Below are positions 21,037 through 28,845 of a DNA stretch of 32,000 nt, in pieces. A program made the translations under genes and the position numbers. The notes beneath the pieces are model-generated. The model was not told the DNA's origin. It worked only from the letters and a program-made list of their open reading frames with translations, and searched no databases. Position 1 is the first letter of the stretch. Each line of letters begins with the position of its first letter. This DNA is from Gallionellaceae bacterium (GTDB lineage: Bacteria; Pseudomonadota; Gammaproteobacteria; Burkholderiales; Gallionellaceae): contig WSYA01000003.1 in NCBI GenBank assembly GCA_009773615.1, positions 21,167 to 53,166 of the forward strand, written 5' to 3'.

Positions 21037-21160
21037 TTGTATTACTCACTTATGCTTTGTTATAGCGGGTTACTGCCGGTGATTGTTTAATAATTTTCCG
21101 AATTTTCCCAGTGTCGCGTTATCATGAATAAACAGACTCTTGACAACGACACATTCTCTA

Positions 21161-21895
21161 ATGCCAAAGTCGCGCGGACAACCACCGAAAACCGATATTG
21201 AAAGGTTGCAGTCCAAGTTATGGTTTACTGCTGTGTCGCTGCAATCAGGAATGAATGCCAGCCAACTTGAGCGATTCTTTCTCGTGCGATCCGATCCTGC
21301 GAATGGAGGTACCAAGGAGCTTTCTCATGATTGGCTGAGATATTCGAGCGGGAAACGATTGCCGCGAGATACAAGAGGAAGTAACAACAGTGTTGTTACC
21401 GTTGTGGACGATGCATTTCCGGGAACTGCACAATGGATTCGCAGCCCATTATGGACGCTCTTGAAAAATCCAGAATTGAGTTCCCGAGAACTTATCGATT
21501 TAATTACGCAGACGCACCAAGAAATCGGCAAATTGTTTGTCTATGATGAGGTTCCCACTGTGTCGGCTAAGGCACTTACGATTAGCGTGGAAAACTGGAA
21601 ATATCTTGCGCGGATAATGTCATTCGAAGTGTTCGGTATCATGCTTGCCTACTACAGACTAAGAGGAATACATGGCGATCATTTTAATTCGATATGCCTG
21701 AAAGACTGTAGGCGATGGCTGCATTATGCACATTCTCGGTTACCCTCTATAAGAGAGCACCGCGACGAGTTGGTTTTTGTGTTGCAAAAATTCGCACCTG
21801 AATTGGGAAATTTAAGCTATTTTGGAAAAGAGGTGCCGGATCGCGACCCGTTTGCAGAAATGGTGATGTCTTCGTTAGGGTACGATTTTGAGTAG
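21161..21895 (+). CDS. Hypothetical protein
   Basis: Long ORF of island-like composition, divergent from the PrtN-like gene. The start is either ATG 21161 or TTG 21140 (the track start). No motif recognised. Confidence 0.5.
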   Translation: MPKSRGQPPKTDIERLQSKLWFTAVSLQSGMNASQLERFFLVRSDPANGGTKELSHDWLRYSSGKRLPRDTRGSNNSVVTVVDDAFPGTAQWIRSPLWTLLKNPELSSRELIDLITQTHQEIGKLFVYDEVPTVSAKALTISVENWKYLARIMSFEVFGIMLAYYRLRGIHGDHFNSICLKDCRRWLHYAHSRLPSIREHRDELVFVLQKFAPELGNLSYFGKEVPDRDPFAEMVMSSLGYDFE

Positions 21896-21900
21896 GTAAT

Positions 21901-22617
21901 CTACTGGCGCACTGCATCCGATGGTAGTTGAATCCCGCGAGAAGCCAATTCATCCCTTAATGTTTTTAGGTATGCACTACTGATAGTCACCGTTCCTCCA
22001 ATAGGAACAGCACCAGTTGTTCGATTAAATCCATCAGTCGTTGCCACGGCAAGAACCTGTCCAATAAACAAAGTTAATGGATGTCCGGAATTAATTGCAT
22101 GATCAAGAATTGCGGGCGTCAGCATGAAATAATCAGTCCACCAGCAAGAGTAGCCAATATTGCTCTGGCATTGTGCGTCTCTGCCATACCCCTTCATTTG
22201 ATATGCGGAAAGCCTTAGTTCATTATTCATCTGAAACTCATTGAGCAACTTTTTATTACCAGCATCGTCAACTAGGTATACCCCAGCCCCTGACGTGAAA
22301 ATTCCACTGTTCGTTTGCTCGACTTTCAAAAAATATACGAGGGCATTTTGGGGTTGATTGTTTGTGATCCCAACGTATACGCGCCCGGTTAATTGCCCAT
22401 TAGCGTTATAGGACCAAGAATAGCCAGTTAAAGCAGACGAGGTATAAGTTTTCACCTTGTTGCAATCTGGACAACGGGGATAACCAGTGCGAACTGAAAT
22501 TCCTTGCCTGACATCAGACTCATTTTTTGCAACGGTATATTGGGGATCTAGGGCACATCCCGCTAACCATGAAGTGGCAGCAAGAAATATCGAAGCGCGT
22601 ACAAGTTTCTTAATCAT
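21901..22617 (-). CDS. Putative lipoprotein
   Basis: Signal peptide with lipobox: MIKKLVRASIFLAATSWLAG|C. The rest is unknown and predicted to be extracytoplasmic. An alternative ATG lies at 22629. Confidence 0.6.
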   Translation of the reverse strand: MIKKLVRASIFLAATSWLAGCALDPQYTVAKNESDVRQGISVRTGYPRCPDCNKVKTYTSSALTGYSWSYNANGQLTGRVYVGITNNQPQNALVYFLKVEQTNSGIFTSGAGVYLVDDAGNKKLLNEFQMNNELRLSAYQMKGYGRDAQCQSNIGYSCWWTDYFMLTPAILDHAINSGHPLTLFIGQVLAVATTDGFNRTTGAVPIGGTVTISSAYLKTLRDELASRGIQLPSDAVRQ

Positions 22618-22727
22618 TGCGAACCCCATACCAAGTTGGCTAGTTAATTCCTGTGGCTAGACGTAATAGCCAAGAGCAAAGATAACCCGTTTTGGGATAA
22701 CCTGCAATGGGTTACTAGTATGGGCGC

Positions 22728-23006
22728 ATGCCAAGCCCATTACATAGCCATAACTACCAAGTCTTTCGCAGCCTGCTTGTGGCTGCAAGAGAAGAGGCTG
22801 GTTTAACGCAAGTCAATATTGCTGAAAAATTGGGCAAGCCACAAAGCTTTGTCTCAAAATATGAGCGCGGAGAACGTCGGCTAGACTTTACGGAATTCGT
22901 TGAACTGGCGGATATGCTTGAGATTGATATCGCTGATTTTGTAAGTCGCTACCAATTTGCCATTTCTCAGACGCCCTCTCAGAAAGTGCGTCGGATAAAA
23001 AAGTAA
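22728..23006 (+). CDS. XRE-family helix-turn-helix transcriptional regulator
   Basis: 92 aa. LRSLLVAAREEAGLTQVNIAEKLGKPQSFVSKYERGERRLDFTEFVELADML is a classic HTH_3/Cro-CI pattern. Confidence 0.85.
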   Translation: MPSPLHSHNYQVFRSLLVAAREEAGLTQVNIAEKLGKPQSFVSKYERGERRLDFTEFVELADMLEIDIADFVSRYQFAISQTPSQKVRRIKK

Positions 23007-23193
23007 CGATAATTCGCAGCCATTAGGCTCACGTAGCCTGAAGACGGTTGATGAGGTTGCAGAGCTCTAATATTGACTATCAAAATGGAAAAATCACCAT
23101 CCGAAACCAAACTTGCGCCTTAAAGGGTATATCCCGACTTGTTGAATAAAAATCTCCTCAATACGGCTCTATCGCTTATAGCCCATATTTGTC

Positions 23194-23222
23194 TTGTGCA
23201 ATGAACAGTAGGCGGATATGAT
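23194..23222 (+). promoter_or_regulatory. Candidate sigma70-type promoter for the five-gene operon
   Basis: TTGTGC (23194-23199), a 17-nt spacer, then TATGAT (23217-23222), about 160 nt upstream of the methyltransferase start. Pattern match only. Confidence 0.25.
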
Positions 23223-23384
23223 TTGACGAAGAAGCGGCGAAATCTGATCTTTGTGATTTAGGGTACGCCGTTTTTTCGTGGACGAGCTGGAAAACAAACA
23301 TGCCAGCTTCTATCTATGGCGGTCATGAATGGGGAGACATATGAGGATATTAATTACCAGTGGCCAATTTCATAAGGATATCGC

Positions 23385-24743
23385 GTGAGAACTCCGCGCA
23401 CCTATTATGAGCTCAGTAACTCTCAAGTTAGCACGCCAGCTCCAATTGTTTCGTTCTACTGGGATATTGTTAAACAATATCGACCGCAACTTCAGCGCGT
23501 AATCGATTTAGGGGCTGGAGATGCGCGTTTCAGCCACGGCGGCCATTTCGAAGAATATGTCGGAGTAGAAATTGATCCCAATGCCGTTCAGCACATTCGG
23601 CCATCCTCCCCCAAACAGATTAAATCCAGTCCCAACACCTTTGAGCAAATCCAGCTGACTTCGCGTAGCCGAATAGAACTTGGCTGTGCATTCCGATTTA
23701 AGGAAACTGGATTTTCCGCCTGTATAGGCAACCCTCCATATGTGCGTCATCATGATATTGAATCGCCATGGAAAGAAGATACCGCTAACTATCTAGCAAA
23801 AGAGCTGGATTTTAGTTTTAATATGCATGGGAATCTATTCTTATACTTCATCGCACTTGGGTTGCTAAAGACAAGTGATGATGGATTGCTGGCCATGGTG
23901 GTGCCGTTTGAGTGGGTTTCTCGGCCATCTTCAAAAGGCCTGCGAAACCTCATTAATAAACATAAATGGGACGTAAGTATTTATCGCTTTCAAGAGTCGA
24001 TATTTGACGGGGTACTAACTACTGCTTGCATTACTATAATCGATAAAAATTCCAATAACGGTAATTGGCAGTATTTTGATGTTTCTGAAGACCTTCAAGT
24101 CTCTCCAAGAAAAGGGATAAGTGGCACAGATCAAGAGATTTTGCAGCACAGCAATAGAAGTGAGGTGTGGGCACGTCGTGGCATAAGCCCCGGCTCGCAG
24201 GACATATTCACTCTTACTGATGGACAGCGAATTCACTTTGGATTAACTCTTGATGATGTGATCCCGTGCGTAACAACATTACGCCACGTTCCAAAGTCAC
24301 TTCGAATGTTAACCTCCAAAACATTTAATAAGTATTTTGTAGATGAGGGAAAGCTCTGCTGGCTGATTAAATCCAATGAGCATCCAATAAGCGATCAGTT
24401 GCAAGCGTATCTGGATAGTATTCCAGAGTCTGACAGACAAACATACACTTGCATTAATCAATTTCCATGGTACGACTATGAAAAATCGGCCATACCAGAT
24501 TTACTTATCCATTCTGGGTTTACATCGTTTGGTCCGAAAGTGCTGATTAACTCTATAGGCGCCCAAACAGTTGGCTCAGTGTTCGGCATTCATACTACGC
24601 GCAAGAATGTATTAAGAAGCATCCAGGAGTATTTACTGGATATTGATTTTGAATCGCAGGTGGTGGCTCAAGCAAATTCGTTTAAAAAAATTGAAGTGCG
24701 CCAAATGAACACCATTTTAAATAACTGGGTCAAGAAATTCTAA
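23385..24743 (+). CDS. N6-adenine DNA methyltransferase (gamma-class, Eco57I/TaqI-like)
   Basis: Motif X-like STPAPIVSFYW, motif I VIDLGAGDARF, motif II VGVEIDPNA and motif IV IGNPPYVRH, in that order, followed by a domain of about 200 aa where a target-recognition domain would sit. GTG start with AAGGA 6 nt upstream. Confidence 0.85.
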   Translation: MRTPRTYYELSNSQVSTPAPIVSFYWDIVKQYRPQLQRVIDLGAGDARFSHGGHFEEYVGVEIDPNAVQHIRPSSPKQIKSSPNTFEQIQLTSRSRIELGCAFRFKETGFSACIGNPPYVRHHDIESPWKEDTANYLAKELDFSFNMHGNLFLYFIALGLLKTSDDGLLAMVVPFEWVSRPSSKGLRNLINKHKWDVSIYRFQESIFDGVLTTACITIIDKNSNNGNWQYFDVSEDLQVSPRKGISGTDQEILQHSNRSEVWARRGISPGSQDIFTLTDGQRIHFGLTLDDVIPCVTTLRHVPKSLRMLTSKTFNKYFVDEGKLCWLIKSNEHPISDQLQAYLDSIPESDRQTYTCINQFPWYDYEKSAIPDLLIHSGFTSFGPKVLINSIGAQTVGSVFGIHTTRKNVLRSIQEYLLDIDFESQVVAQANSFKKIEVRQMNTILNNWVKKF

Positions 24744-24748
24744 CCACA

Positions 24749-27052
24749 ATGACTGAGTTAATGATTAGCAATGGAAACGTAGTTTTTCAAACTGAAGGCC
24801 GGCTTTTACAAGAGCTAGGAGAGCGTCTGGTTGCAAGTCCAGAGGTGGCACTGGTTGAGCTGGTTAAAAATTCATACGACGCTGATTCTGCTTCCTGTGA
24901 TGTTTCAATAATAAAGCTACCTATTCAAACGGACACTGTCTCTTTTGGCGACGAAGGTGTTCATACTGTTGAGGGCGACTCTGAACTAGAGGACGTTTTG
25001 TCGATAGTTGATACTGGGCATGGAATGACTCTTGATGAATTCAAGGCCAGATGGATGACCATTGCAACTTCACATAAAACAATGGAAAACATATCTCCTA
25101 GGTATGGACGCAGGAGAACTGGTCAAAAAGGAATTGGTAGGTTTGCAGTAAGATTTCTAGGCGACCATCTCACCCTCACTTCGATTGCTGAAGATAAAAC
25201 ACTTCAAAAGAAAACAAAAGTTGTCGCAGTTTTCTGCTGGCCTAACTTGGATCGAGAAACGGATATACGGGAAGCAAAGATACCCTATAAAGTTTTTGAA
25301 GTCGATCCATCAACACCAACCGGAACTGAACTTAGAATTCGTAAATTAAAGCATCCGCCTTCTTTTATTACCGGTTCAAAATTTCGTGCCGATGTACTCA
25401 AAATTGTTTCACCTTTAGCTGGATTGGAAAGTGGTCGATTTAGTGATCGTGTTGAAATTAATCACGATAAAGATCCTGGTTTTCGAACAGTACTGCCGAG
25501 CAGTATTGAAGCAGAAGCTGATAATTTAGACATCGCCAAGAAAGTTCTTGATAGATGTTGGGCTAGGCTAACAATTGACCTTTCTGCTTCGAAAAATCAA
25601 GTCACATACAAAGTTACTTTTAATGTAATTCCTGGTTCTACCAAATTAATTGTCCCTCTGAGTTCTGCTATATCAAATGGGCTTGTGGCAGACTTACGTT
25701 TCTTTCCTAGAAGAGCAGGAGTGTTTCGAGATCAAGGAATCAATGGTTCAGCTGCTTGGGCTTGGGTACGTGAAAATGTTGGCGTGGCGATAATTGATCA
25801 TGGCTTTCGAATCAAGCCTTATGGCTTTGAGGATGATGATTGGCTATCAGTGGATGCGGACAATGCACATAGTCGGCGTGACTGGCGCTCCAAAATTGCA
25901 GTAGAAAATTTCCAAATAGCCCCAGAAATCAAACCTAGGCCGAAAGAAAATCCTGCTTTAAATATAGCCACAAATTTTCAGCTAATTGGGGCGGTATTCG
26001 TTGAATCAGCCCCCGCTGCGTTGTCCGCTTCAAATAAAGATCTTACGCCCTCAATGGATCGGGAAGGTTTTTTAAGTAATGAAGCATTTGAGCAGCTTGT
26101 TGATATCGTTCGCGGAGGATTGGAATTCCTAGCAAACGAAGATAAAAAACTACTTCTGCTTGAAGAAGAAAGAAAAGCTAAAGAGGCTGCGAAAAGTGCA
26201 CGAGCCGATTTTCGCGCCGCAGTTCAATATATAGAGAAGAGTCAAACCCTCACTGAGGGCGACAAGTCCCGTTTAATTCTGCATTACACCGGCTTGGCGG
26301 CCAAACTCGATGAGGTTGAAAGCTATGATCGGGACGCTAGACGAAAACTGGAAACAATGAGCTTGCTGGGTGCAGTCGCTGGATTTATGACTCATGAGGC
26401 GACTCGTATTGTAGCTGGGCTTCAGGAGGCATTAGAAAAAATTCAATTGTTAGCCAAACGAGATCCATCGTTAACCGTGCTTGTTAATGATATTCAGGAA
26501 AGTTACGATGCATTTCGAGCGCAAATGGATTACACAAGTGCATTTATTAATGCGGTCCATTTAGACGCTAAGATTACTTTCAAGAGTGCAGCTCAAATTA
26601 AGCGCGTAATAGACAAATTTGGACATTTCGCCAAAGAAAGAGGGATCGTCGTTGAGTGCGAAGTTGATCCAACTATTGAGGCTCCGCCCATTGCACTTCC
26701 TATTTATAGCGGTATTTTGCTTAATCTATACACGAATGCGCTAAAAGCAATTCTGGCTGCAGAGTCATTAGCTCTTGTCCCTAAGATTGTATTTCGAGGT
26801 TGGAATGAGCCGAAATGGCACATTGTAGAAGTTTTGGATACAGGTATAGGTATTCCGCCTGAGTTGCATAAGCGAATTTTTGATCCTTTATTTACAACAA
26901 CTTCTCGACTCAATAATCCTCTTGGGTCGGGCATGGGATTGGGACTAAGTTTAGTTGATGAATTGCTCAGTCAACTAAAAGGAAAGATTGAAATTGTTGA
27001 TCCTCCGTCTGGGTTCGCAACCTGCATTCGAATTGCCTTACCAAGGAGTTAG
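24749..27052 (+). CDS. Dual Bergerat-fold protein: N-terminal MORC/Hsp90-like GHKL ATPase plus C-terminal histidine kinase (DHp and HATPase_c)
   Basis: N-terminal module: LVELVKNSYDAD (N box, Asn41), VDTGHGM (G1, aa 88-93), GQKGIGRFA (G2).
Coiled-coil linker: EDKKLLLLEEERKAKEAAKSARADF.
C-terminal module: FMTHEATRIV (H box, His549 = nt 26393-26395), LLNLYTNALKAI (N box), VLDTGIGIPPELHKRIFDPLFTT (G1/F), GSGMGLGLSLV (G2). Confidence 0.75.
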   Translation: MTELMISNGNVVFQTEGRLLQELGERLVASPEVALVELVKNSYDADSASCDVSIIKLPIQTDTVSFGDEGVHTVEGDSELEDVLSIVDTGHGMTLDEFKARWMTIATSHKTMENISPRYGRRRTGQKGIGRFAVRFLGDHLTLTSIAEDKTLQKKTKVVAVFCWPNLDRETDIREAKIPYKVFEVDPSTPTGTELRIRKLKHPPSFITGSKFRADVLKIVSPLAGLESGRFSDRVEINHDKDPGFRTVLPSSIEAEADNLDIAKKVLDRCWARLTIDLSASKNQVTYKVTFNVIPGSTKLIVPLSSAISNGLVADLRFFPRRAGVFRDQGINGSAAWAWVRENVGVAIIDHGFRIKPYGFEDDDWLSVDADNAHSRRDWRSKIAVENFQIAPEIKPRPKENPALNIATNFQLIGAVFVESAPAALSASNKDLTPSMDREGFLSNEAFEQLVDIVRGGLEFLANEDKKLLLLEEERKAKEAAKSARADFRAAVQYIEKSQTLTEGDKSRLILHYTGLAAKLDEVESYDRDARRKLETMSLLGAVAGFMTHEATRIVAGLQEALEKIQLLAKRDPSLTVLVNDIQESYDAFRAQMDYTSAFINAVHLDAKITFKSAAQIKRVIDKFGHFAKERGIVVECEVDPTIEAPPIALPIYSGILLNLYTNALKAILAAESLALVPKIVFRGWNEPKWHIVEVLDTGIGIPPELHKRIFDPLFTTTSRLNNPLGSGMGLGLSLVDELLSQLKGKIEIVDPPSGFATCIRIALPRS

Positions 27053-27054
27053 CT

Positions 27055-28161
27055 ATGTCGACAAAGAAGCCAACCAGCAACCTTGTTTTACTTTTCGAAG
27101 ACGATGATAAGCATGCCAATAAATTGACATTAGCTATTACTCAAGCTCTATCGCCGAGTAATAAGTTTGAACGATTTTTGCCAAGCATTACACCAACTAG
27201 CGGGGCATATGAAGATCGTTTGTATGAGGAATTAAAAAGCACCAAATATCTTGGTTTAACACTGATTGTTTGCGATAGGGATTTGTCGCAAATTAAAACG
27301 TACACCGGGCTTTCTGAAGCGATCGTTTCTAAAGTTGCAGATCGACTGGGCATTCCAATTTGTCTCTATGCTAGGGGTTTGAATGATGACTCTGTGCTGG
27401 AGAGGCAGCGTGAATGGGGAGATGGACGAATCGTTCTTGATTGTAAAAAACCAGCAGAAATGGCAACCAAAATAGAACTGTTGGCTAATGGATTCGCTCA
27501 AGTAAAGGAATTAGTTACAGGCATTTTAGTCATGAGGGGAAAAAACAAACTTCAATCCCCAGCGGCTGTTGTTGCTAGTGTGATTGATCGGCAAGACAGT
27601 ACTGACAAAATTGGCCTGTATATTTCTGGCGACCAAAAGATGATTTCTGAAATTCTTCCCTATGTGCATAATTCGGACAAAAAAGGCTTGAAGCTCAGAC
27701 TGCCAACATTGGTTGGATATTGGATATATGACTCTATTCTTCGATATCCAGGATTATTAGTAAATAAGATTGCAATAGCTAGTTATCTTAATATCGCGGT
27801 AACTGATTTTGAAAAGAATTCTGATGTTCAAAAGCTCTTTGCAAAAGCGCTATATAAAGGGCCATTTGCAGATGAAAAAAATCCGCTTTGGTGGCGAAAT
27901 GACCTTGATGACATTCTTCAGAATGGCGAATGTAATGATGGGCAAGAATACGTTCAGAAAAAACTTCATAAGACAGTGAAGCCATGCATGTGTAGTGTTG
28001 ATAAAAAGAAACGCGCCGGATGGTATTGCATGGTAACCAAAAAACCAGTTAGCCTGGAAAGTTCGAAAGGAAACATTACATGGTTTCCACGCGGTGCTGA
28101 CTTAGCCAGAATTTCTACAGCCGTCTACGATGATATTGGCCCTTGGCTGGGACTTTACTGA
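27055..28161 (+). CDS. Divergent receiver (REC)-domain protein with an uncharacterised C-terminal domain of about 220 aa
   Basis: VLLFEDDD (beta1 with acidic cluster), LTLIVCDRDL (beta3; candidate phospho-acceptor Asp74 = nt 27274-27276), IPICLYARG (beta4, with Tyr/Ala where Thr/Ser is usual), RIVLDCKKP (beta5, Lys132-Pro133). AAGGAG lies 6 nt upstream of the ATG, 2 nt after the kinase stop. The C-terminal part has the Cys cluster KPCMCSVDKKKRAGWYC. Confidence 0.6.
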   Translation: MSTKKPTSNLVLLFEDDDKHANKLTLAITQALSPSNKFERFLPSITPTSGAYEDRLYEELKSTKYLGLTLIVCDRDLSQIKTYTGLSEAIVSKVADRLGIPICLYARGLNDDSVLERQREWGDGRIVLDCKKPAEMATKIELLANGFAQVKELVTGILVMRGKNKLQSPAAVVASVIDRQDSTDKIGLYISGDQKMISEILPYVHNSDKKGLKLRLPTLVGYWIYDSILRYPGLLVNKIAIASYLNIAVTDFEKNSDVQKLFAKALYKGPFADEKNPLWWRNDLDDILQNGECNDGQEYVQKKLHKTVKPCMCSVDKKKRAGWYCMVTKKPVSLESSKGNITWFPRGADLARISTAVYDDIGPWLGLY

Positions 28162-28170
28162 GATTGCGTC

Positions 28171-28845
28171 GTGCTTAAGTATAGTGAAATCAATGGGGCG
28201 TATTTAACCCTTTGGGAGCGTTTTAAAGCTGTAGCTGAAGAGGCCGGCTTAGTTACAAAGGCATTTCAGGGAAATGGCTTTGTGGCGACGAATAAGGACA
28301 AAAAGGTCACGGTATCAGCTTTTATTTACCTTCCTGAGTGGCCATATAAAGCCGTATCAGACAAAAAGAAGATCCACATATTATTGCAGAGCAGGGAAAC
28401 GTACGATTTAAAAACATCTGAAATTATAAGTTCTACAGTTCAAATTGGTTATTTTGACATTGGTGCAAATAAAGAAGTTACATCACTTCTTCAGTTGCAC
28501 TATGACTTTGAAACTCCTGTTGCAATTGCTCATCCTGTATTTCATGTGCAACTTGGTACAACAAAGTGGCCTGAGGATAAATGCATGGATGTTAGGTTTC
28601 CCAATCCTAACGAAATTATTGAATCATCATCGCTATATTCAAATGCTCGGATTCCAACTCCACATATGGGTTTTGGTGCGGCATTGCTTGCATTAGCCGC
28701 CGACCATTTTAATCATCTCTTTTATGAAAAGTTCTTGAAAGAATTGCGACAAAACGAATCTGTGAAATGGCAGGCTTCATGTAAATCTATGCGCGACAGT
28801 TTTTCCAAAAACGGATCTCATCATCATTCCCATCATTGGTATTGA
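28171..28845 (+). CDS. Hypothetical protein (no recognisable domain; His-rich C-terminus HHHSHHWY)
   Basis: 224-aa ORF with a GTG start 9 nt after the REC-like gene. Same strand and composition as its neighbours, and it overlaps the next gene by 10 nt. Confidence 0.5.
   Translation: MLKYSEINGAYLTLWERFKAVAEEAGLVTKAFQGNGFVATNKDKKVTVSAFIYLPEWPYKAVSDKKKIHILLQSRETYDLKTSEIISSTVQIGYFDIGANKEVTSLLQLHYDFETPVAIAHPVFHVQLGTTKWPEDKCMDVRFPNPNEIIESSSLYSNARIPTPHMGFGAALLALAADHFNHLFYEKFLKELRQNESVKWQASCKSMRDSFSKNGSHHHSHHWY

Noticed and set aside
21124-21201. 25-codon ORF (MNKQTLDNDTFSNAKVARTTTENRY) upstream of and overlapping the start of the 244-aa gene. A 14-codon ORF at about 23300-23344 was also noted.
   Set aside because: Both are too short, have no SD that I could see, and I have no evidence of conservation. 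Only the 15-codon ORF at 23341, which has an SD and a stop/start overlap, was kept as a finding.
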